A stretch of DNA of 64,000 nucleotides from sequence record MZ561532; one strand, 5' to 3'. Origin of the DNA: Shigella phage PSD9. Position 1 is the stretch's first letter; each line of letters begins with the position of its first letter. Of this stretch, positions 36,729 to 45,788 are shown piece after piece. The notes under the pieces are model-generated. The model was not told where the DNA came from. It ran no database searches and was given only the letters and a program-made list of their open reading frames with translations. The position numbers were made by a program, and so were the translations under genes.

Positions 36729-38211
36729 CAAGACTTACCCCATTCACAACATTTTCTGCATACTGCCATTCTAAATCGGTAATGTTGAAGCGTTCTTGAA
36801 TCATTTCACGGGTCCACTTCTTGGTAAAATCAACTACAGGAGCGTTTTGAACCATTTTTTTACCGCCGGTACCACCGCCAAGTCCTAAAAAATATTGACA
36901 TGCTACTTTAATAGGGGCGTATGAATAAAATTCAATAGCATTTTCGGCTTCTTCAAAAGTATCAAAAGAGGCCCAAGCCTGTAAAGGTGGCTTTTCTTTT
37001 GTAATACGGGTTTTGGTGTTTGTCATAGCACTATAAAATAACTTGCCCATAATAATTTCAGAATTATCAGATGTAGTTGATGAAGGACCCAATTTCCTAA
37101 TAAAGTTCACATAGTATTCTTTTTCTACACCTTCATAATTATTAAGTTTTTCTTTAGTTCGGGTTTTATCTGCTATAGATTTTGCACTTTTATTATTCAA
37201 AATAATAGAAACAAAATCGTCATTATTATAATTATATTTAGCTTTTGTTCTTCCATTAATTAGGGTAAATCCTTGGGTTTCATTTTTAGAAAATTTTGAT
37301 ATCGCCAAAGCTGTTGTCGGTGAAGCAGAAAAGTACTTATTACCGCCATTGCAATCTATAATAGCATAATTTAGCCTTTTTTTAGCTTCAGGCCTGTGAG
37401 ATATAACTCCCATTGAATATAAAAAAGATGCTGGGGTGATAGATATTACATTATCTGCACATTCCAAGGCTTTATCTAAAAATTTCACATCACTCGTAAA
37501 TGGAGGATTCATGATAACTGTATTAAATTTCATTTTCTTAGGGGCCTTAATGAATTCAAATCCAGAGAAACATCCGAAAGTATCAAATACATATCGAGCT
37601 TTATCTGAATCAGTTGAAATGAATAAGATATCGGAAGTATCGTATCCGATAAGAGATAATAATGAAACAATTTCAAGGGATTCAATAACACAAATACGCT
37701 GAGACCAACCCATTGAATATGCAACCATTATATCACTCATTTCAATAAGCGTTTTTGCTGCTTCAAAAGTCATTACATTAGAGGTTTCCGCTGTTTGGGT
37801 GAATTTACCATCCATGGAGTGGATATAACGGTCATAATGGATTTTGGTATCAGGTTCAGATAAATCAAATTTAACAAAGCAGCGTTTTTCTTCAGAAAGA
37901 CCACGGACGCGGTTTGTTATAGAATCCCAATACTCATCAATGTAAATACCTTCAAGAGAAAAAGCTTCATGCTCATTAAGATTTGATTTAATAATTTCAA
38001 TCATGTCTGAAGGCTTAAGGCCTGATTCAAGAAGCTCTTGGATTTTAGCCAATTTTTCAGCATTACCTTGAGGGTCGGCCTTATTGAATTTTTTAGCTTC
38101 TTCAAAATGTTGCTCAGGCCGAGCACTTACACCTTTACCAAAGTAGAAAGGTTTTTTGTCTTGGTCTACTAAGCGATATACCTGATAAATTGTTTCCTGA
38201 TTGTAAGCCAT
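36712..38211 (-). CDS. GIY-YIG nuclease-like domain fused to an amino-methyltransferase-like domain (NPPF motif), 499 aa
   Basis: N-terminus IYQVYRLVDQDKKPFYFGKGVSARPEQHF resembles the GIY-YIG signature (UvrC/I-TevI type); central FNTVIMNPPF resembles MTase motif IV; occupies the 56-61 interval where T4 has dam. Confidence 0.55.
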   Translation of the reverse strand: MAYNQETIYQVYRLVDQDKKPFYFGKGVSARPEQHFEEAKKFNKADPQGNAEKLAKIQELLESGLKPSDMIEIIKSNLNEHEAFSLEGIYIDEYWDSITNRVRGLSEEKRCFVKFDLSEPDTKIHYDRYIHSMDGKFTQTAETSNVMTFEAAKTLIEMSDIMVAYSMGWSQRICVIESLEIVSLLSLIGYDTSDILFISTDSDKARYVFDTFGCFSGFEFIKAPKKMKFNTVIMNPPFTSDVKFLDKALECADNVISITPASFLYSMGVISHRPEAKKRLNYAIIDCNGGNKYFSASPTTALAISKFSKNETQGFTLINGRTKAKYNYNNDDFVSIILNNKSAKSIADKTRTKEKLNNYEGVEKEYYVNFIRKLGPSSTTSDNSEIIMGKLFYSAMTNTKTRITKEKPPLQAWASFDTFEEAENAIEFYSYAPIKVACQYFLGLGGGTGGKKMVQNAPVVDFTKKWTREMIQERFNITDLEWQYAENVVNGVSLDEISN

Positions 38212-38228
38212 TTTTGTATCTCCAGTAG

Positions 38229-38268
38229 TTGATATGTCTATAGTATCATATCTAGCAGGGATGTAAAC
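38229..38268 (-). promoter_or_regulatory. Early promoter with conserved box, upstream of the 499-aa ORF
   Basis: Minus strand GTTTAC-N17-TACTAT-AGACATATCAA. Confidence 0.5.
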
Positions 38269-38275
38269 TGATTTT

Positions 38276-38283
38276 TATAAATA
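38276..38283 (+). promoter_or_regulatory. Late promoter TATAAATA on the plus strand
   Basis: Exact TATAAATA 21 nt upstream of the plus-strand ATG 38305, followed by SD aggagga. Confidence 0.5.
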
Positions 38284-38304
38284 ATAATTTAACAGGAGGA
38301 TAAC

Positions 38305-38505
38305 ATGGGCAGTATTTTTTACCAAATCTGGAAATTGGCTGAAAAGAAAGACAAGAAAATGATGTTAGGTTTTCTTGCACTAGATGTGTTCCTTTGGAAT
38401 CTTCTGGTAGTCCCTGTAGCCGCCAGCCAAGGGATAATTTTACCAGCGGTTACAATGGAGCACGTGTTAAGCATAATTGGATTCTTTAGCGGAATTCCTG
38501 CCTAA
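38305..38505 (+). CDS. Small membrane protein (66 aa), late-promoter driven, opposite strand to neighbours
   Basis: ATG with strong SD aggagga; hydrophobic segments (LGFLALDVFLWNLLVVPVAA, LSIIGFFSGIPA); TATAAATA upstream. Confidence 0.5.
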   Translation: MGSIFYQIWKLAEKKDKKMMLGFLALDVFLWNLLVVPVAASQGIILPAVTMEHVLSIIGFFSGIPA

Positions 38506-39530
38506 ATCTTGGAATATTTTGAAAGTCTCATTTTTGCCATTAAACCTTGGGCTATATTAGCTTTCATATATGCCAGTACATCATTTATATCAGCTTTATC
38601 TTTCATAATCATATCATTTATATCTTTAGAAGGCCATGGAGCCTTGTCCCAGAATAGAACCCTTTCGCCAGCATCAACTAATCGTTGCATACGCTTAATT
38701 GTGTCAGGATGGCGGGGTTCATTGTCCATTACCCAGGCACGAGTTTCTTTACACGGAACCATAGCCAAGTCCAACGACCCGCCAGTAATTGCTATTGCAT
38801 TCGGTACGAATAATGAATCGATAGGACCTTCCATTACCCACACCAACTGACGTTCGTCGACAGTATCCATTCCATATATTTTTGTAGCTTGGTCATGAGC
38901 TTTTATTGTAATATATTTTTGTGGAGCATCTTTACGTAAGGCTCGACCCTGAAAACTTTCAATTTGTTTATTCTTATTGAAAATTGGAATAACCAAACGA
39001 GGCTCAGGCATTTCTTTAGAATAGGTCCCTGGATTGACAGAGTTCACCAATGCCGGCCATTCTTTAGTAAACCATAAGCGATTCCATTTGTTTTCAGGAA
39101 TGCAACGTAGTGTTACATATTTGATAATAGGATGGTCCTTTGGCATTCTATCCAGACGTTCACAGAAATTAAGCTTTTCGATGACAGGCATCTTGGCTTT
39201 AATCTTTTCTGATATCTCCACCTTAGGTGCAGCTTGTCTCCCGAACGATTGCTCTTTATGTTTCTCAAGAATATATTCTCGATATAAATCAGGCTCATAT
39301 TCGTATAGATACTTCTTAATTCCTGCTGAATAGTCACAGTTAAAACAGTGCAGCATTACGGAGCCGTCATTGGCCGGATAGGCCCAAAAACGAGCTTTGT
39401 TCTCATCTTTTAGGGAGTCGCCACATACACGACAACGACAGTTTAATTTAAAATCACTACCAGTTACTTGTCTGAATTTAGGTTGATAATTCAAGGCACG
39501 TACAGCAAATTCTCTATCGACATATGACAT
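38502..39530 (-). CDS. 61: DNA primase gp61
   Basis: 342-aa ORF, same length as T4 gp61; zinc-binding CRCRVCGD...CFNC motif; position next to gene 41. Confidence 0.85.
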   Translation of the reverse strand: MSYVDREFAVRALNYQPKFRQVTGSDFKLNCRCRVCGDSLKDENKARFWAYPANDGSVMLHCFNCDYSAGIKKYLYEYEPDLYREYILEKHKEQSFGRQAAPKVEISEKIKAKMPVIEKLNFCERLDRMPKDHPIIKYVTLRCIPENKWNRLWFTKEWPALVNSVNPGTYSKEMPEPRLVIPIFNKNKQIESFQGRALRKDAPQKYITIKAHDQATKIYGMDTVDERQLVWVMEGPIDSLFVPNAIAITGGSLDLAMVPCKETRAWVMDNEPRHPDTIKRMQRLVDAGERVLFWDKAPWPSKDINDMIMKDKADINDVLAYMKANIAQGLMAKMRLSKYSKI

Positions 39531-39746
39531 TATTTTTCCTTGGGCTCTAAATTAATAGAGCCATTATATCATTCGTTTTCGGATTTTTCTTTACGCTTTT
39601 TAGATGGGATTTGTTCAGGCCCTTTGTTGACGACCGCGCCTGAGGTAGTTCCGGAGGCAATATTAGATGGGTTACCACCTGCATCGCCTGCGACCATATC
39701 TTCGTTCATAACTTCTTTAAAAGATTTCATAGGCTCCTGGCCTTAT

Positions 39747-39938
39747 TTATATTACGAAAATAGCTTTATCACCATTCGCATCAGTGACTTCATAGGTATC
39801 TTCATGATACAGTGGGATAATCCAAGTCACACCATCACCGGCAATAATATGGATAGCTTCTTGGTCCTTTGATACGATTTCATACTCTTCGAATAATTCG
39901 AATACAGAAATCTTAGAGCCCGTACACATTGCACTCAT
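39747..39938 (-). CDS. Hypothetical protein (about 63 aa; start uncertain)
   Basis: Track ORF 39747..39956. Confidence 0.4.
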   Translation of the reverse strand: MSAMCTGSKISVFELFEEYEIVSKDQEAIHIIAGDGVTWIIPLYHEDTYEVTDANGDKAIFVI

Positions 39939-40134
39939 ATTGTTCCCTTCTCTCAATCAGTTGGCGATGGGCCTTTTTAAGTTTACGAAGCTGGCGCTTA
40001 GTTGGCCGTGCAACATAAGCTTGAGTAGTTACTCGACCAAAAACACCGTACTTAGGTGAAGGAGAATCGATAAAGACTTCCCACTGACAAGAGTAACTAT
40101 ACACCGCTTTAGAGAATTGAGTTAAGACAAACAT
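39913..40134 (-). CDS. Small basic protein (73 aa), paralog of ORF 40922..41161
   Basis: Shared C-terminal motif ...(V)ARPTKRQLRKLKK... versus ...VKPTKRQIRQTKRK... Confidence 0.45.
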   Translation of the reverse strand: MFVLTQFSKAVYSYSCQWEVFIDSPSPKYGVFGRVTTQAYVARPTKRQLRKLKKAHRQLIERREQYECNVYGL

Positions 40135-40135
40135 A

Positions 40136-40576
40136 TTAACCTCGATTCATAAAGGCATTAAAAATCTGGTCATCTATTGAATAAACCGGAGCTTCCAGAA
40201 TTTTCAACAGACTGTTTTTGATATACTTGCTAGGGATGTCCATATTAACGCGGTCGTTCAATTCGTTGTCTGGGAGGATGTCTTTAAATTCGAATCCATC
40301 AAACTCAACCTTGTCAGGAATACCTTCAGCGAAAAAATAAACCAATTGGTGCATTGTATTGCACGAAAATAATTTAGACCTCACCGCGATAAGTTCTTGC
40401 CAATGGTTTAATTCTCTGTTAAGAAGTTTATGAGCCATTGTAATTCGATCATCGCTATCAACAAGAAAATAACCCAGGTATTGGTGGTCGTCGCTCCAAA
40501 ACATCCTGTATGCTTGTGCATTTGGATTTTTACAACGAAGTTTTTTGATAACTAAATTTCTGTTAATCTTATTCAC
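40136..40576 (-). CDS. Hypothetical protein (146 aa)
   Basis: Track ORF. Confidence 0.5.
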   Translation of the reverse strand: MNKINRNLVIKKLRCKNPNAQAYRMFWSDDHQYLGYFLVDSDDRITMAHKLLNRELNHWQELIAVRSKLFSCNTMHQLVYFFAEGIPDKVEFDGFEFKDILPDNELNDRVNMDIPSKYIKNSLLKILEAPVYSIDDQIFNAFMNRG

Positions 40577-40862
40577 CTGTCACCTCTTTAACGATATTTT
40601 TGTTATCGAAATTGGCATCACAATACAAATTCCAGTTATATTGCATAACACCACCTGAAGCTAATTGGTCTGACACTTCTTTAGCCATGTCAGGACGGTC
40701 GCGTTTAGTGATGTTCATGATATCAGCATAAATCTGATGCTCAACCGCTTCTTGATCGGCAGTCATAGACCATTCACAAAGGTCTTTATCCAATCCAGCC
40801 GTAACTGGAGCCGTGCCACATGACGCTACTGTAAGGATTGCTGCGATTAATAACTTTTTCAT
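40569..40862 (-). CDS. Predicted lipoprotein (about 97 aa)
   Basis: Track ORF 40569..40892; ATG 40862 gives MKKLLIAAILTVASCG (signal peptide plus lipobox); directly downstream of an early promoter. Confidence 0.55.
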   Translation of the reverse strand: MKKLLIAAILTVASCGTAPVTAGLDKDLCEWSMTADQEAVEHQIYADIMNITKRDRPDMAKEVSDQLASGGVMQYNWNLYCDANFDNKNIVKEVTGE

Positions 40863-40879
40863 AATGTTCTCCTCGGTAG

Positions 40880-40920
40880 TTGATAGGTCCATAGTATCAC
40901 TACCATAGACCGTTGTAAAC
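40880..40920 (-). promoter_or_regulatory. Early promoter with conserved box
   Basis: Minus strand GTTTAC-N18-TACTAT-GGACCTATCAA. Confidence 0.5.
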
Positions 40921-40921
40921 T

Positions 40922-41161
40922 TTATTTTAATGAATCTTCCAAAGAAATTTTACGGAATTTACGTTTTGTCTGACGAATCTGACGCTTAGTGGGCTTCACA
41001 GGAAATTCGAAGAACTCTACGTATTCTTGTTCATAATCGTTGTGGCCCACTGAAAGAACTAGTTCCCAGTTGTTTACGGTACGTTGGATAAACATATTAT
41101 GCTTACCGAAAGATTTATTCCAAAAAGAGCTAGGAGTTGGTTTCATTAGTACGATATTCAT
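40922..41161 (-). CDS. Small basic protein (79 aa), paralog of ORF 39913..40134
   Basis: Track ORF; shared PTKRQ(I/L)R motif. Confidence 0.45.
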   Translation of the reverse strand: MNIVLMKPTPSSFWNKSFGKHNMFIQRTVNNWELVLSVGHNDYEQEYVEFFEFPVKPTKRQIRQTKRKFRKISLEDSLK

Positions 41162-41302
41162 TTATTCCTCGCCTTCATGTTTATGAGCAATTTCTTCGAA
41201 TTCGCTGTCACAGTCTAAACAGGTTGCGTTGTCCCAAGCATCAAATACCGCCTGGTCTTCACAGACCGAACAACCACATACTACACATTCAAATTCTTCC
41301 AT
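41162..41302 (-). CDS. Small zinc-ribbon protein (46 aa, below the ORF-track cutoff)
   Basis: ATG 41302 abuts the upstream stop, and its stop abuts the downstream ATG; translation MEEFECVVCGCSVCEDQAVFDAWDNATCLDCDSEFEEIAHKHEGEE. Confidence 0.45.
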   Translation of the reverse strand: MEEFECVVCGCSVCEDQAVFDAWDNATCLDCDSEFEEIAHKHEGEE

Positions 41303-41497
41303 TTAGATTTCCTCAATGCGAGCATCATGTTCATAAACTTCTACGTCGTCGACATAGGCCTTGACTAGAATACTATTGACTTCAGCGAATTGGGTAGCCA
41401 CCCACACAATATCGTTTTCACGCACTGAAGCTTCTTTGGTAGCGGTATCACCGTTGGCGAAATGGCCGACAAATTTTACTTTAATTGATTCAGACAT
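41303..41497 (-). CDS. Hypothetical protein (64 aa)
   Basis: Track ORF. Confidence 0.5.
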   Translation of the reverse strand: MSESIKVKFVGHFANGDTATKEASVRENDIVWVATQFAEVNSILVKAYVDDVEVYEHDARIEEI

Positions 41498-41815
41498 TTA
41501 GATTTCCTCACAGAAGGCCCATTCAGCATGATAAACCGTAGCGCCTTTAGTATCATTTAAACAAACCACATCCACCGGAGCAATTACACGATAAAGACGA
41601 GGTTCTCCTCCCACTGAACGAGCTGCACGTCCAGCATAAATCTTAGCCAAACCGATATCTTCAGTAAAGAACACACGATTTAGGTTTTTCTTACGACCGG
41701 TTTCAGACAGAACTCCTGTTTCCTCAGGAGGACAAAGCATATTACCGATATTAGCGACACTACAACTTCCATGGTAATACACTTTATATTCTGCTTTACA
41801 GTCGATGGTTTTCAT
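41498..41815 (-). CDS. Hypothetical protein (about 105 aa)
   Basis: Track ORF 41498..41827 starts at TTG; ATG 41815 (MKTIDCKAEYKV...) downstream of an early promoter. Confidence 0.5.
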   Translation of the reverse strand: MKTIDCKAEYKVYYHGSCSVANIGNMLCPPEETGVLSETGRKKNLNRVFFTEDIGLAKIYAGRAARSVGGEPRLYRVIAPVDVVCLNDTKGATVYHAEWAFCEEI

Positions 41816-41828
41816 TTTGTTCTCCAAG

Positions 41829-41868
41829 TTGATAGGTCTATAGTATCACGCCTACAGGAGATGTAAAC
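41829..41868 (-). promoter_or_regulatory. Early promoter with conserved box
   Basis: Minus strand GTTTAC-N17-TACTAT-AGACCTATCAA. Confidence 0.5.
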
Positions 41869-41878
41869 CCTTAAAAAC

Positions 41879-41898
41879 AAAAAAGGAGCCGAAGCTCC
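41879..41898 (-). terminator. Intrinsic terminator GGAGC-UUCG-GCUCC plus U6, after gene 41
   Basis: ggagccgaagctcc immediately 3' of the gp41 stop on the minus strand, followed by UUUUUU. Confidence 0.6.
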
Positions 41899-43338
41899 TT
41901 AAAATTTGATAGATGCTGCTAAATCGTCCAAATCACTTCTATTAACACGCGTCTGTCGATTGACCTCGGCCTGGCGATTCATCTCACCTGTAGCCTCACG
42001 AACAGTGTTCACTGGGCCTGGGTTGGAATCATCTTCAACTTCGTACCAACGTTGATTTCCTTTCTTAACGCCAATCTTAAATTTGTTGTAGTAGCTCTTA
42101 TCGCCATAACGAGATTTAAGCTGCTTAACCATCTGCATACCCATCTGAGCGAACTCTTCTGTCTCGACCACACCCAACATGAAGTCTGCAGTATGTGCAA
42201 TACCAAAGGATTCAGCAATATCGGCCATATCGATTTCGGCTGCAACGTTCGCACCACGAGTAGTCTGGGCTGCAGTCCACAACAGTAATTTCTTCTCTAC
42301 TGCAAGTCCACGTAGTTCTTCAGCAACCATCTTAATCAATCCGTAACTGTTTTCAGAGAAAACTTTCGTACGAGACGATGCACAGATAGCCAAGTAGTCA
42401 ACGATAACGACCTGTGGGACAAAGTTTTGTTTGAGCTTGTATTCGTTTAATAATGCACGGAATGTATCGGCATTAGCACCGCCAGTAGGATACTGTTTAA
42501 TCTTTAAACGACCTAAAGTAGCAGTTGAACGCCATTTATCCATCTTAGCTTTATATTCAGGCCACGAGACGTGACCATCATCGATATCATCCAGCGACAC
42601 GTCCAGAAGGTTGGCATCGATACGCTTAGCACATACTTCCTCTGCCATCTCCATGGAGATATAAAGAACATCGTAACCAGATTGAAGGTAATCAGCAGCC
42701 AATGAACAAAGACCAAGAGACTTACCTACGTTTGTTCCTGCCAACAATACGTTTTCAGTACCAAACTCAGCACCACCCTTGGTAATCTTATTCAGAATAT
42801 TAAGACGGAATGGAACCTTACGTGCTTTATCAGAATAACTTTTGAAACGTTCTTCATAGTCATCCATCCAGTCATGACCTAATTCAGAATCGAAACAAAT
42901 CGATAATGCATCACGCATGATATCCGGAATAGCACCAATACCTGGAAGTTTTCTATTTTGTTGCTCAACCGGAAGGTCGGCATTAGTTTGGATTTCAATG
43001 ATTTTTGAAGTTGCATTATACATCGCTGCTTTCTGAACGTATTTCTCCGTCTCTTTAACCAACCATTCTTGGTCTTCAGGTCCGGCATTCAGCGAACTTA
43101 AAAGCTCTTTAGCGCCTTGGTGTTCAACTTCTGAAAGCGTACTGTTATCTAATGCAATGCTCAATGCGTTCTTAGAAGGCACTGCATTATATTCATTGAC
43201 ATGTTTTTTAATTTCTTTGAAAAGGGTCTTTGCAGGACCCTGGTCAAAATAAGAATCATTCATATAAGGCCAGACCTTAGTGAAATAATCACTATTGCCT
43301 AGCAGTTGAGCCAAAATAGTTTCTACCACTTCCACCAC
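41899..43338 (-). CDS. 41: Replicative DNA helicase gp41 (DnaB-like)
   Basis: 479-aa ORF; Walker A LLAGTNVGKS and RecA-fold motifs; N-terminus resembles recalled T4 gp41; adjacent to primase and gene 40. Confidence 0.9.
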   Translation of the reverse strand: MVEVVETILAQLLGNSDYFTKVWPYMNDSYFDQGPAKTLFKEIKKHVNEYNAVPSKNALSIALDNSTLSEVEHQGAKELLSSLNAGPEDQEWLVKETEKYVQKAAMYNATSKIIEIQTNADLPVEQQNRKLPGIGAIPDIMRDALSICFDSELGHDWMDDYEERFKSYSDKARKVPFRLNILNKITKGGAEFGTENVLLAGTNVGKSLGLCSLAADYLQSGYDVLYISMEMAEEVCAKRIDANLLDVSLDDIDDGHVSWPEYKAKMDKWRSTATLGRLKIKQYPTGGANADTFRALLNEYKLKQNFVPQVVIVDYLAICASSRTKVFSENSYGLIKMVAEELRGLAVEKKLLLWTAAQTTRGANVAAEIDMADIAESFGIAHTADFMLGVVETEEFAQMGMQMVKQLKSRYGDKSYYNKFKIGVKKGNQRWYEVEDDSNPGPVNTVREATGEMNRQAEVNRQTRVNRSDLDDLAASIKF

Positions 43339-43652
43339 CTCTTAGATTTAATTTTATCCAGTTCTTCTTGTATTTGCATTGTAACACATTTTTCTACATG
43401 AAGCGCCAGCTCTTCTTTTCGGTCTTCGGAAGGTGTTCCGAAATCAACCGACACTTTTCCATCTTTCTCAATAACAATATTCATCACATAAACGATGTGA
43501 GCAGTGCCATCGGGTAAAGTAAGCATAATTTCCTGCTTAACCGATCCCATTGACTTACGGATTATATCTAATGATTTCTCATAATAACGAGGGTCACTAG
43601 GACCCTCTTCGGTATCTTTAACGAAATTATCTAAATCAGATAAATCAGTCAT
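43323..43652 (-). CDS. 40: gp40-like protein (assigned by position between uvsX and 41)
   Basis: 109-aa ORF; synteny 41-40-uvsX as in T4; sequence identity unverified. Confidence 0.5.
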   Translation of the reverse strand: MTDLSDLDNFVKDTEEGPSDPRYYEKSLDIIRKSMGSVKQEIMLTLPDGTAHIVYVMNIVIEKDGKVSVDFGTPSEDRKEELALHVEKCVTMQIQEELDKIKSKRWWKW

Positions 43653-44817
43653 CTAAATCCATCTCTTCCAAATCGTTTTCGATATCAGCGGCGCTTTGGG
43701 CATTACCACCTAATTTAACAGCAACGTTCTTAGAGACACGAGAGTTAATAAGGTCGTTCACTGCATCGTCAACTTCTTTAATAGAATTAATTGCACCGAG
43801 CTTATACTTATTCTCGATTGCTTCACGGAACGGGGCATGTTTAAACAGCGGTCCCCAGAACTCGACACAATCGGTAGCTTTAGCACGCCATGCTTTTTCT
43901 TCTTGAACCATTTCGCCTGTGGTTTCGTCAAGGAATGCACGATTATACCAGCCAGCTTTAGGTTTCACGACAAAGCCAATATCAGTAGCCATTTCAAGCA
44001 ATCCACTGAATGGGTCGATACCACCTTCGAAGTTCACTGTAATCGGGAACGTTGATTTCTCTTTAACCGTACGAGATTTCTCGGCCTTCAGTGTGAAGTC
44101 ATAACCAGTGAGCTCAGTACCATCTTTAACCTGACGTTTAGAGATAAAGAACACGGTAGAAGCAGAGTACAGAATACCAGTACCACCACCCATAATCTCT
44201 TTAGGGTACATTCCACCAATTTCCATAGCCGTGTGGTTAATTGCTACACAAGGGATATCTTTGATAGTCAGATAAGGTGTTACGATACGGAACAGAGATT
44301 TCAGTGACTTAGCACGGGTCATATCACCTACAACTTTCTCGTTCAAAGCATCTTCGGTTTCTTTCTTAGAAGCAGTGTTACCAATGGAGTCGATAAAGAT
44401 AATAACCTTTTCGCCACGAGTAATTTCTTCTAACTGGTTGGTCATATCAACTTTAAGCTGTTCGACTGACTGGATTGGTGTATGAACCACACGTTCCAAA
44501 TCAACACCCATCGAACGGAAATAAGATTCTGAAGCACCAAACTCAGAGTCATAGAACAAACAAATTGCGTCTGGATATTTCTTCATATATGCCGCAACCA
44601 TGGTAAGTCCAAACAACGTTTTAAAGTGTTTAGATGGAGCAGCAAAGATTGTCAAACCTGATTGTAAGCCTGCATTCAACGCACCGCCTAATGCAATATT
44701 CAGCATAGGGATACGAGTAGGAACTTCGTCACGACCATTAAACAATTTAGATTTGGTCAGGTCGGCGGTCATTTTAGAAGTAGAAGCTTTAATCAAACGG
44801 GATTTTAAATCAGACAT
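43645..44817 (-). CDS. uvsX: Recombinase UvsX (RecA-like)
   Basis: 390-aa ORF; N-terminus MSDLKSRLIKASTSKMTADL and much of the body match recalled T4 UvsX. Confidence 0.9.
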   Translation of the reverse strand: MSDLKSRLIKASTSKMTADLTKSKLFNGRDEVPTRIPMLNIALGGALNAGLQSGLTIFAAPSKHFKTLFGLTMVAAYMKKYPDAICLFYDSEFGASESYFRSMGVDLERVVHTPIQSVEQLKVDMTNQLEEITRGEKVIIFIDSIGNTASKKETEDALNEKVVGDMTRAKSLKSLFRIVTPYLTIKDIPCVAINHTAMEIGGMYPKEIMGGGTGILYSASTVFFISKRQVKDGTELTGYDFTLKAEKSRTVKEKSTFPITVNFEGGIDPFSGLLEMATDIGFVVKPKAGWYNRAFLDETTGEMVQEEKAWRAKATDCVEFWGPLFKHAPFREAIENKYKLGAINSIKEVDDAVNDLINSRVSKNVAVKLGGNAQSAADIENDLEEMDLDD

Positions 44818-44894
44818 TATATTTTTCCATAGGCATCATTATATTTTACTCACGTTTTAAGATAGGGTAATTATATCACTTCACATTTACAGCG

Positions 44895-45788
44895 TTAAAG
44901 GACCACGTCCTCATAACTTGGCATTTCGTGCTCAGAATGGATGTGGGCACCGAAATAAATGAATTCAGCCAGACCAGGATGAAATACTAAACTGGGATTC
45001 TCATGATAAATGATATGAGGTCTTGATTTCAGAATCTGATAATATTCAACCTTACTCGGTTTGAATTTAATAATCTCTACATCAGGACGATAGTCTTCAC
45101 GCTTAAATGAATCATTCGGATCGGTGATATAAAGGCGAGAACCTTCAGCCGCAGCTTGGTCTACAACTCTTTCGAATTGATAACATTTATCAGAGATACG
45201 GAATGGATGGAAAATACCATCAATTTTAATAGGCGCTAGACCTTCAGAGTAACGCTCAATTACTGCGGGATTAATTACCTTTTGGTCTACAAAAATCTTA
45301 TCAGAGGACGCACCTCGTGACACCAGGACGTCTTTCTGACATTGATTCAAGACTGTAGTATAAATCGAACGTTCAACTGAACCCACGTCGGTATCAATAA
45401 ACTCATCGATGTAATAACGAGGAACTTCAGGGTCCATTGTAATGTTAAAGTTGAATTGTACGGTATGAGCACCATCATAACCTGTGATATCGGTTACCAA
45501 TCCTGAGCAGTCATAGTATTCGATTAACGAATCAACAACGAACTCATTTTCAGACCAAAAATGTTTACGAGTTTCATAAGCATTTTCTTTATACCAAAGA
45601 GGTACAAAATTCAGTTCAGGAAATAATTCAATGCATTCTTTGATATCGCTCGAATTTCTAGGATAAGCCAGATAATCACCTGGGCAAGCACGGTTTAAAT
45701 GGAGTTGAAAATTACCGTCCTTAAGGACGGCATATTCACCTGTTTCGTAACTACGCATACTGAAAATAGGAACGATAAACAAACTCAT
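44895..45788 (-). CDS. Hypothetical protein (297 aa) occupying the T4 beta-glucosyltransferase position; candidate DNA-modification enzyme
   Basis: Lies between uvsX and gene 42 where T4 encodes beta-gt; no similarity to recalled beta-gt; start overlaps the gp42 stop (ATGA coupling). Confidence 0.5.
   Translation of the reverse strand: MSLFIVPIFSMRSYETGEYAVLKDGNFQLHLNRACPGDYLAYPRNSSDIKECIELFPELNFVPLWYKENAYETRKHFWSENEFVVDSLIEYYDCSGLVTDITGYDGAHTVQFNFNITMDPEVPRYYIDEFIDTDVGSVERSIYTTVLNQCQKDVLVSRGASSDKIFVDQKVINPAVIERYSEGLAPIKIDGIFHPFRISDKCYQFERVVDQAAAEGSRLYITDPNDSFKREDYRPDVEIIKFKPSKVEYYQILKSRPHIIYHENPSLVFHPGLAEFIYFGAHIHSEHEMPSYEDVVL

Noticed and set aside
39540-39872. 110-aa plus-strand track ORF between primase and the small-gene cluster
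   Set aside because: Opposite strand to all neighbours, no SD or late promoter; a short minus-strand ORF (about 39569..39709) with a weak SD occupies the same DNA, but is too weak to call
44841-44895. Promoter-like TATAAT-TACCCTATC element upstream of uvsX
   Set aside because: Has the -10 and CCTATC box but no GTTTAC-like -35 at the right spacing and only a partial MotA box; left uncalled
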